Shown one piece after another: positions 8,869 through 15,848 of a DNA stretch of 16,260 nt. Within the stretch, counting starts at the first letter, position 1. The number at the start of each line of letters is the position of its first letter. Under the pieces are notes generated by a model. That model did not search any database, had not been told where the DNA came from, and saw nothing but the letters and a program-made list of their open reading frames with translations. Both the position numbers and the translations under genes were made by a program. The stretch spans positions 1-16,260 of the forward strand of contig JBJHDK010000035.1 in the NCBI GenBank assembly GCA_050486505.1, written 5' to 3'. This DNA is from Fibrobacteria bacterium (GTDB lineage: Bacteria > Fibrobacterota > Fibrobacteria > UBA11236).

Positions 8869-10973
8869 TCGTCCCTCCCGGCGCGGATGTCGGTTCCGAG
8901 GCGTTGCATGTACGCCGTGAGTGCGATCACTTCCTTGGTCGCCAGTCCGGGGTAGCCTTCCGCCTCGAGCCCCGCGGCGATGCGCTCGGCCTGGGCACGG
9001 GCGTGCGCCACGGCGTTCGCTTCGTCCTCGTCGGTGTAGGGCACGCCCAGGCGCCGCATCACGCGGATTTTCTTCGGCAGGATGTCGAAGTCCGTCTCGT
9101 CCTCGAGAAGGAACGCGTAGGCCGGCATGATCGAGCCCGGCGAGGTCAGGCGCGGGTCCTCGAAGTGCCGCACGTGCCAGAGATCACTGTAACGCCCGCC
9201 GATGCGATGCAGGTCGGGGCCGGTGCGCTTCGACCCCCACTGGAACGGGAAATCGTACACGAACTCGCCCGGGCGCGAATAATCGCCGTACCTCTCGACC
9301 TCGTCACGGAACGGTCGCACCATTTGGGAGTGGCAGGTGTAGCACCCCTCGCGGACGTAGATGTCGCGCCCGGCCAGTTCGAGCGGGGTGTAGGGCTTGA
9401 CCGATTCGATCAGGGGCACGTTGCTGCGCACCAGGAAGGTGGGAACGATCTCGATGAGCCCGCCGATCATGATGACCACGAAGGTCGCGCCGGCAAGCAC
9501 GAGGGGCTTGCGCTCCAGCACGGAATGCCAGTGTCCGTCGATATTGCCGGTACCGCCCATGGTCTCCGGAACCTGCGCCTCGGCATCGGCGAAGGATCCC
9601 GCGCGTGCCGTGCGCCAGATGTTCCAGACCATGATGCCGGCGCCGATCAGGTACATGGCGCCGCCGAGCGCGCGGAGCCAGTAGAACGGCATGAGCCGGG
9701 TCAGGGTTTCCATGAAGTTCGGGTAGGCCAAGAGCCCGTCGGCCGTGAACTCCTTCCACATCAGGCCTTGCATGATGCCGGCGGCCCACATCGAAACGGC
9801 GTAGAAGAGGATGCCGACCAGCGCCAGCCAGAAGTGCGCATTGGCCAGGGCGCGGCTGTAGAGTTCGGTGCGCCACAGGCGCGGGGCCAGCCAGTAGATC
9901 ATGCCGAACACGAGCATTCCCACCCAGCCGAGGGCTCCGACGTGCACGTGCCCGACGGTCCAGTCGGTGTAGTGCGACAGCGCATTGACGCTCTTGATCG
10001 ACATCAGCGGCCCTTCGAAGGTCGCCATGCCGTAGAAGGTGATCGCCGCCGCGAACATCTTGAGCACGGGGTCGGTGCGCAGCTTGTTCCAGGCGCCGCG
10101 CAAGGTGAGCAGACCGTTGATCATGCCACCCCAGGAAGGAGCCAGCAGCATCACGGAGAACACCATGCCCAGCGACTGTGCCCAGTCGGGAAGCGCAGTG
10201 TAGTGCAGGTGGTGCGGCCCCGCCCAGATGTAGAGGAACACCAGCGCCCAGAAGTGCATGATGGACAGGCGGTAGGAGTATACCGGCCTTCCCGCGGCCT
10301 TGGGCACGAAGTAGTACATGATGCCGAGGAAGGGCGTGGTCAGGAAGAAGCCCACGGCGTTGTGGCCGTACCACCATTGCACCAGCGCATCCTGCACGCC
10401 CGCGTAGATCGGGTAGCTCTTGGTGAGCGACACGGGGATCGCCAGCGAGTTCACCACGTGCAGGACCGTGATCGTGACGATGGTGCCCATGTAAAACCAA
10501 AGGGCGACGTAGAGGTATTTCTCGCGACGGATCAGCAAGGTGCCGAAGAAGTTGGCCGCGAAGACCAGCCACACGACGGCCAGCGCGATGTTCATCGTCC
10601 ACTCGAGCTCGGCGTATTCCTTGCTGGTGGTGATGCCGAAGAGGAATCCGACGCCGCCGATGAGAATGACGAGTTGCCAGCCCCAGAAATGGAACCACGA
10701 CATGAAATCGCTGAAGAGTCGGGTCTTGAGCAATCTCTGCATCGAGTAGTACACTCCGCAGAAGATGGCGTTGCCCCCGAACGCGAAGATCACCGCGTTG
10801 GTGTGCAGGGGACGCAGGCGCCCGAAGTTCAGGTACTTCCCGTCGAAGTTGAAGCGCCAGTCGGCGAGCTGGAGCGCCAGCGTCAGGCCGACCAGCATTC
10901 CCGCCACGCCCCAGAACAGGGTCGCGATCAGGAACGCCTTGACAATCTTGTCATCGTACCGGATGGTTTTCAT
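8865..10973 (-). CDS. ccoN: cbb3-type cytochrome c oxidase fused subunits I/II (CcoN-CcoO)
   Basis: CcoN motifs [39 protein letters not shown] and [14 protein letters not shown]. Continues in frame into CcoO motifs [38 protein letters not shown] and SIMPAY; 702 aa. Confidence 0.97.
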   Translation of the reverse strand: MKTIRYDDKIVKAFLIATLFWGVAGMLVGLTLALQLADWRFNFDGKYLNFGRLRPLHTNAVIFAFGGNAIFCGVYYSMQRLLKTRLFSDFMSWFHFWGWQLVILIGGVGFLFGITTSKEYAELEWTMNIALAVVWLVFAANFFGTLLIRREKYLYVALWFYMGTIVTITVLHVVNSLAIPVSLTKSYPIYAGVQDALVQWWYGHNAVGFFLTTPFLGIMYYFVPKAAGRPVYSYRLSIMHFWALVFLYIWAGPHHLHYTALPDWAQSLGMVFSVMLLAPSWGGMINGLLTLRGAWNKLRTDPVLKMFAAAITFYGMATFEGPLMSIKSVNALSHYTDWTVGHVHVGALGWVGMLVFGMIYWLAPRLWRTELYSRALANAHFWLALVGILFYAVSMWAAGIMQGLMWKEFTADGLLAYPNFMETLTRLMPFYWLRALGGAMYLIGAGIMVWNIWRTARAGSFADAEAQVPETMGGTGNIDGHWHSVLERKPLVLAGATFVVIMIGGLIEIVPTFLVRSNVPLIESVKPYTPLELAGRDIYVREGCYTCHSQMVRPFRDEVERYGDYSRPGEFVYDFPFQWGSKRTGPDLHRIGGRYSDLWHVRHFEDPRLTSPGSIMPAYAFLLEDETDFDILPKKIRVMRRLGVPYTDEDEANAVAHARAQAERIAAGLEAEGYPGLATKEVIALTAYMQRLGTDIRAGRDE

Positions 10974-11188
10974 GGGGACTTCCTCGGGTGTTGCCCTTCC
11001 CCGGAGGCGTTCTCCGGGTGGTTGGATGAAGGTTGTTTTTTTGCGGTCTCACGGTCATCGAACAGGATGCGCCAGGGCGGGCTGTCGAGGTCATCGAACT
11101 GCCCGCGCCGAATGGCGAACAGGCAGGCGACCACGAACCCTGCGGCAAGCGCCACGGACACGGGGATCAGGATGTAAAACACCGACAT
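10970..11188 (-). CDS. ccoS: cbb3 oxidase maturation protein CcoS
   Basis: [15 protein letters not shown]...[20 protein letters not shown] is the CcoS signature; ATGA overlap with ccoN. Confidence 0.95.
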   Translation of the reverse strand: MSVFYILIPVSVALAAGFVVACLFAIRRGQFDDLDSPPWRILFDDRETAKKQPSSNHPENASGEGQHPRKSP

Positions 11189-11189
11189 C

Positions 11190-11789
11190 TCAGGGGATTC
11201 CGCTTGCGGCCCACTCGCGGGCCCGGTCCTCGTCGACGGGAGTGTGCCGCCCCTCGAGGCCGGGCAGACTGGTCAGGTAGTGCGTGATCGCCCAGATGTC
11301 CGCGTCCGACAGGGAGGCCCCGAACGGAGCCATGCCGGTGCCGGGAACCCCGTCGCGGGTGGAGCGAAACACCTGGTGCGGCTCGGTGCCCTGCGTCCAG
11401 CGCTCGTCCGGATTCGTGAAGCTGCGCGGCGGCGGGGTGAAGGCCATGGCCGCGGGTCCCTTGCCGTCCGCCTCGAAGCCGTGACAGGCGGCACAGCTCG
11501 CCTGAAAAAGCGACTTGCCTCGCGCCACCGCCTCGGAAGTGGAGAGGAACATGCGGTAGTCTTCGGATGCCGCCTCGGCGGCAGGCTGCGGTGCGGCCGC
11601 GACTTCGACGCGCGGAGCATCCCCATAGGCGCGCAAGCCCAGTTTCTCGCCGTCGTGCACTCCCCAGATCAGCGCGACCGGAGTTCCGATCGCCACGATT
11701 GCGGCAACGATGAGATATTCTGCCATGCGCTGGTTCTTCATCGACGCGTGCTGATCCTGATGATCTTGTTGGTGTTGTTGTTCGCTCAT
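11190..11789 (-). CDS. Membrane-anchored monohaem class I cytochrome c
   Basis: Likely start ATG at 11789 after GGGAG (an upstream start near 11846-11849 is possible). TM segment YLIVAAIVAIGTPVALIWGV, CAACHG, GKGPAA..FTPPPRSFT, GVPGTGMAPF (axial Met) and LSDADIWAITHYL. Confidence 0.9.
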   Translation of the reverse strand: MSEQQHQQDHQDQHASMKNQRMAEYLIVAAIVAIGTPVALIWGVHDGEKLGLRAYGDAPRVEVAAAPQPAAEAASEDYRMFLSTSEAVARGKSLFQASCAACHGFEADGKGPAAMAFTPPPRSFTNPDERWTQGTEPHQVFRSTRDGVPGTGMAPFGASLSDADIWAITHYLTSLPGLEGRHTPVDEDRAREWAASGIP

Positions 11790-11867
11790 GCCTTGCTCCC
11801 GTTGCGGATTTCTGCTTTCTGTTTCTTCATCGTTCCTGTCCGTCACCAAACCTTCACCCCACTACGC

Positions 11868-11902
11868 CCATTGCCCACTGTTCACTGTTCACTGCTCATT
11901 CC
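11868..11902. repeat. Heptamer tandem repeat (YCAYTGY), 5 units, second copy
   Basis: ccattgc-ccactgt-tcactgt-tcactgc-tcattcc, directly 3' of the stop of the 11903 gene on the - strand. Confidence 0.85.
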
Positions 11903-12634
11903 CTAATGACATCCCCCGTCATGCACATGCCCTCCCCCCGTCAGCATCGCGTAGGTGCGCCAGGCCGCCAACAGCAACATGCCGACGCCGAGCAGGATAT
12001 GGAATGTCTTGCCCTTTGGGAACCACTTGCGGGGAAAGGCGAGAAAAAGCGGAAGCGTGCCCGCTCCGAGAAGCAGCATCCCCGCTCCCCCCTGCCAAAC
12101 GCTCTCCGTGCCCGCAGCCCAGGCAAACCCGGCCTGCGTGGTGACACAGGGCAGAAATCCCGCAATCAGTCCGAGCAACAGCAGCCTTCCCAACCCCGGC
12201 CCCGAGGCTCCGGTCAGGGGTGCGAGGCGATGGGTCAGCCAGCGCCCGTAACGTTCCCCCCACGAAGCGGGCCACAGGGGAACCCCCAGAAACTTCAGGC
12301 CGATCAATAGATAGAGCCCCACCCAGATCCACCCCGCCCCGCCACCGAAGCGGTTTCCGAACGCCAGCCCGAGGCCGCCCGCGGCGGCACCGATCAGCGC
12401 ATAGGTGATCACGCGACCGACGTGGTACACCCACAAGCCGCCCGAACGCCGACGCGCCAAAAAAAGGTGAATCGGGCCGCACATGGCCGCGCAATGCGCG
12501 AAAGCGCTCAAAATTCCGACCGAGAGAGGGAATGCGAAAATGCCAAAAAAACGTAAGACGCCTGCGTCGGGGGCAAGGGAGAGCGAGGAAAACATCAGCG
12601 GGCCGAGTGTGGTGGAAGAATGTTGCGCACGCAT
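11903..12634 (-). CDS. DsbD_2 / TauE-SafE-like membrane protein commonly found in cbb3 assembly clusters
   Basis: HCAAMCGP, YHVGRVITYALIGA and GFLPC motifs with several TM segments. Start is uncertain (ATG 12634 or ATG 12595; the ORF track uses 12646). Confidence 0.82.
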   Translation of the reverse strand: MRAQHSSTTLGPLMFSSLSLAPDAGVLRFFGIFAFPLSVGILSAFAHCAAMCGPIHLFLARRRSGGLWVYHVGRVITYALIGAAAGGLGLAFGNRFGGGAGWIWVGLYLLIGLKFLGVPLWPASWGERYGRWLTHRLAPLTGASGPGLGRLLLLGLIAGFLPCVTTQAGFAWAAGTESVWQGGAGMLLLGAGTLPLFLAFPRKWFPKGKTFHILLGVGMLLLAAWRTYAMLTGGGHVHDGGCH

Positions 12635-12640
12635 CTCTCC

Positions 12641-12704
12641 GGACAATGATGTCCATAGATATACCCCCGTTGGGCGAAAAAATCAATGGATAATTTCATC
12701 CATT
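12641..12704 (-). promoter_or_regulatory. Putative sigma70-type promoter of the cco operon flanked by two palindromic operator sites
   Basis: On the - strand: TTGATT (12686-12681), 17 nt spacer, TATATC (12663-12658). Perfect inverted repeat AATGGAT-N6-ATCCATT at 12685-12704 and GGAC-N6-GTCC at 12641-12654. Confidence 0.55.
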
Positions 12705-13097
12705 TTATGAAGGGCGCGATGCTTGTGGGGATTTTCGGGAAGATTGATGAATTTGTGACCGGTTGGCAGAAATACGGGGAGATGGGGGGACCCCGTGGCG
12801 TCCGCGCCCCGTCGTGGGGCCGGGGGATTTTCCGGTTCGTGGAGGGAAATCGCGCCCGTGCGGTGGATGGATGATTTTCTCAAATTTTCTCGCATTTCGT
12901 GTGTTTTTTTTTGTCCTCGGCAGTAGATTTCATCCCGTTCGTCCCTTGGATCGACGAATTTTCAGGCGAAAAACAGCTGAATCGGCCGTCCGGAAACCGA
13001 CCGGAGCTGGCGAAATTCACGATTTTGGGGATTTTTGGCAGGTTTGTTTGAATCCGGGCCACCATTGAGTGGCCGTACCGAAGAAGAAAAGGAAGCG

Positions 13098-14045
13098 ATG
13101 AAGATGCGGAAACCGAATCCCCTGTTCGCGACCGGGCTGGCCTTGGGCCTGCTGGGCGGAGTCTTCACGGCGGAAGCCCTGGCCAAGGCACCATTCGAAC
13201 CCTCGGCCCACCGCGGCCAAGTCGTTTACCAGAAGGCCTGCGCTTCCTGCCACGGCGAAAATGGAGACGGCAAGGGACAAGGCGCCGGGCCGCTGGTCCC
13301 GAAGCCCCGCGACTTCACCACCGGGCTGTACAAGTTCCGCTCCACTCCGATGGGCGAGGTCCCGACCGACGAAGATCTGCTACGGGTGATCGATTACGGG
13401 ATTCCGCACACGCAGATGCCGGGGTTCAAGTTTGTGCTGACGGCGCAGGAGCGAGTGGATGTCGCGGAATACCTGAAGCTTTTCTCCGACCGGTTCGAGG
13501 ACGCCGAGGGCGTTCCGGTCGTGAGCGTGCCCGAACCTCCTCCGACCTCTCCGGAATTCGTGGCTGAGGGCAAGATGGCCTACATGGCGCTGGACTGCTG
13601 GTCTTGCCATGGTCCACGCGGCAAGGGCGACGGCCCTGCGGGCGGCATGCTCTTCGACGCTTGGGGCGAGCGCATCAAGCCCTTCAATCTGACTTTCGAC
13701 CGCTACAAGGGCGGCGAGGACGCTGCGAGCATTTACCGCACCCTGCACACTGGCCTGAACGGAACCCCCATGTCGGCCTTCGGCGGCGCATTCGTGTACG
13801 GCAGCGACCGCCCGGTGAATGAGGCTGCGCTGGGCTCCGTGTATTCGCAGGAAGAGATCGACGCGCTGAAGGAGTACTTGCGCGCCCAACCGACGCAGGC
13901 GGCCATCCGCGCCCTCCCCCGGGCGGAGCGCGATGCGCTGACCGAGCAGCGCAAGTGGGCGATGGTGCATTACCTGCGCTCGCTGCAGCGCAAGCCGACC
14001 TTGATTGAATGGCTGTTTGTCCGCGACACGGAAGTGACGCACTAG
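13098..14045 (+). CDS. Exported dihaem cytochrome c
   Basis: ATG at 13098 after AAGGAAG; Sec-type signal (MKMRKPNPLFATGLALGLLGGVFTAEALA). CASCH...PKPRDFTTGLYKFRST...TQMPGF and CWSCH...GKGDGP...GLNGTPMSAF give two class I domains, each with an axial Met candidate. Confidence 0.9.
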   Translation: MKMRKPNPLFATGLALGLLGGVFTAEALAKAPFEPSAHRGQVVYQKACASCHGENGDGKGQGAGPLVPKPRDFTTGLYKFRSTPMGEVPTDEDLLRVIDYGIPHTQMPGFKFVLTAQERVDVAEYLKLFSDRFEDAEGVPVVSVPEPPPTSPEFVAEGKMAYMALDCWSCHGPRGKGDGPAGGMLFDAWGERIKPFNLTFDRYKGGEDAASIYRTLHTGLNGTPMSAFGGAFVYGSDRPVNEAALGSVYSQEEIDALKEYLRAQPTQAAIRALPRAERDALTEQRKWAMVHYLRSLQRKPTLIEWLFVRDTEVTH

Positions 14046-14050
14046 GAGCG

Positions 14051-14554
14051 ATGACGATGAATACCCGCAAGACCTTGAAAACCACCGCCTTTGCCGGCCT
14101 GCTCGGCGGTGCTGCGTTGTTCCTGCATGCGTGCCTTCTCCCTGTCGGGGATGGGGAGGGGTTGAATGAGTCAGGAGATGTCGAGCCGCCCATCATTACA
14201 CTTGTCGATATCCGGCCACTTTTCCAATCGAATGGGTGCGCTTCCTGTCATGGCGGTAACTCTCCGTCTGGCGGCCTTCTTCTTAATAGTTTCGAAAATG
14301 CGCGGGATGCCTTCTTCATCATTACGGCTTCGGATACCACTCCACGCGCATCAAGCACGACACCTAGCGAACTTCTGGTTGTCCCGGGCGACCCTGATGC
14401 GAGCCATCTTTACAAGCGAATCACAAGTACTGATGCAAACTTCCAAATGCCACCCACAGGTCAAAGAATGAGCGCTCCAGCAATTGCGCAAATCCGGCGC
14501 TGGATCGAAAACGGCGCACTGATCGTAGCACCCGACACTACGAACGCCCCTTAA
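14051..14554 (+). CDS. Lipoprotein monohaem cytochrome c with a planctomycete cytochrome C (PSCyt1)-like domain
   Basis: ATG at 14051 after AGGAG. Basic N-terminus, hydrophobic core and lipobox LHA-C. Then DIRPLFQSNGCASCHG...GGLLL...VVPGDPDASHLYKRI...MPPTG..MS...IAQIRRWIENGA, the typical PSCyt1 pattern. Confidence 0.82.
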   Translation: MTMNTRKTLKTTAFAGLLGGAALFLHACLLPVGDGEGLNESGDVEPPIITLVDIRPLFQSNGCASCHGGNSPSGGLLLNSFENARDAFFIITASDTTPRASSTTPSELLVVPGDPDASHLYKRITSTDANFQMPPTGQRMSAPAIAQIRRWIENGALIVAPDTTNAP

Positions 14555-14616
14555 ACCAGTCGAATCATAATGGAACCCCAACCCTTGGCCACTGACAACA
14601 CCGTGAGGTCGCAGAG

Positions 14617-15684
14617 ATGAAGATTATTTGGGCAATCGCCATAGCTTTGGCTACCACCGCCGCTCATGCAGAACCTTATATGGCTGTGCGTACTGGAATG
14701 AAATGCAGTCAGTGCCACGTCAACCAAAGCGGGGGGGCTGGACGTACCGAATATGGTCACGCCTATACCCAGTACAAGCTTGTGCTGGAACAAACACAAA
14801 AGTTCTTTCGCGAGCATCATGATGAGGGAATGACCTCATTCGATCCCCGCCTGAACGAGTCCGTCACGCTTGGCGCAAATTTCCGGACAGAGCAGTTCAT
14901 GACCCGTGAACAAGGTGCCGCCCCGGGAGATAGGCAACACAGCATTTCTGAGGCCAATATCTATCTGAATGTTGAGCTGGTCAAAGATTTCCTCTCATTT
15001 TATCTAGATCAGACAATGGCCCCCGGAAGCTCCGCCAACAGAGAGATGTGGGTGATGGCCCGTAACCTTCCTTTCAATAGCTATGTCAAGGTCGGCAGAA
15101 CTCTTCTTCCCTACGGCCTTCGCATTATGGATGACCAAGCGTTCATCCGCGCCCAAACCGGATACACATACGGTCGTCACGACCTTGCAGGAGAAATCGG
15201 TTTTGAGCCTGGTCCCTTCTCTGTCATCGCAAACCTGACCAATAATCATTTCTCAAGTGTCGGCTCGATCATTTTCAGAAACTTTCGGATCGGTGGCTCT
15301 TATGGAGCGACGACCGAGGGCGAGAAATTCGACACCTACGGACCGTTCGTTGGTGCGAACTTCGGCCGTTTCACAGCCATGGCAGAGGTCGATTTCATTG
15401 AAGAGGCTTCAGCTGACTCCACAATCCGGCGAGTGGCTCAGTTTTATGAGGTCAATTTCCTCCCGTTGCAAGGAGTCAACCTCAGGACGACGTACGAGTA
15501 TTTCGACCGTAACACAAAGATTGCCAACCGTAAGGATGGTCAGTCTCGCTGGACATTCGGAGCGGAAGTCTTTCCCGTCCAGTTCCTGCAGCTAGGCTTG
15601 TACTATCGCCTGAATCAGTTCATCCCGCAAAATGATGGTGCCAACCAAGATGTGATCATCAGCCGGGTTCACGTCTTCTTCTAG
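14617..15684 (+). CDS. Outer-membrane cytochrome c-porin fusion (Cyc2-like architecture)
   Basis: Signal peptide ending AHA|EPY; CSQCH at residues 30-34 (nt 14704-14718). The remainder consists of alternating amphipathic beta-strands and ends in an aromatic C-terminus (ISRVHVFF); 355 aa. Confidence 0.78.
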   Translation: MKIIWAIAIALATTAAHAEPYMAVRTGMKCSQCHVNQSGGAGRTEYGHAYTQYKLVLEQTQKFFREHHDEGMTSFDPRLNESVTLGANFRTEQFMTREQGAAPGDRQHSISEANIYLNVELVKDFLSFYLDQTMAPGSSANREMWVMARNLPFNSYVKVGRTLLPYGLRIMDDQAFIRAQTGYTYGRHDLAGEIGFEPGPFSVIANLTNNHFSSVGSIIFRNFRIGGSYGATTEGEKFDTYGPFVGANFGRFTAMAEVDFIEEASADSTIRRVAQFYEVNFLPLQGVNLRTTYEYFDRNTKIANRKDGQSRWTFGAEVFPVQFLQLGLYYRLNQFIPQNDGANQDVIISRVHVFF

Positions 15685-15757
15685 CCCAGCCCGGCCGCTT
15701 CGATACACCACCCCATCCATCGAATCGTCCGCTAAAGGCGGACTCGATCGAGAGACT

Positions 15758-15787
15758 GGGGCGGTACTCAGCGACCGGCTCCTTTTT
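15758..15787 (+). terminator. Possible intrinsic terminator after the cytochrome-porin gene
   Basis: GGGGCGGT-actcagcg-ACCGGCTCC can form an imperfect stem (one bulge, one G:U pair), followed by TTTTT. Confidence 0.3.
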
Positions 15788-15848
15788 CCAGAAACCGTGA
15801 CTTTGTAACTTCACCCCGAACGCAGAAATCACTCCAAGGAGACCCCCA

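Noticed and set aside
8865..10973. Nitric oxide reductase (NorB) instead of CcoN, given the nearby nnrS
   Set aside because: The motifs are CcoN-specific ([18 protein letters not shown] with the cross-linking Tyr), the ORF is fused to CcoO, and it is flanked by ccoQ, P, G, H, I and S.
3289..11177. Long + strand ORFs (3289-5298, 5431-6642, 6782-8434, 8862-11177)
   Set aside because: Antisense mirrors of ccoI, ccoH, ccoG, ccoP and ccoNO caused by codon bias; no recognisable domains.
3527..11902. Heptamer arrays as CRISPR repeats or IS ends
   Set aside because: Units are 7 nt with no spacers, the two arrays are direct rather than inverted, and no cas or transposase gene is present.
12673..12760. 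FNR/FixK box upstream of the cco operon
   Set aside because: Only isolated half-sites (ATCAA at 12682-12686, TTGAT near 12744) were found, with no TTGAT-N4-ATCAA pairing.
13035..13052. Sigma54-like promoter TTGGCAGGTTTGTTTGA before the cytochrome cluster
   Set aside because: The -24 GG is present but the position 10 nt later reads TG rather than the required GC.
12683..13280. Short ORFs in the divergent intergenic region
   Set aside because: No RBS or motif support, atypical composition, and they overlap putative promoter elements or the dihaem cytochrome gene.
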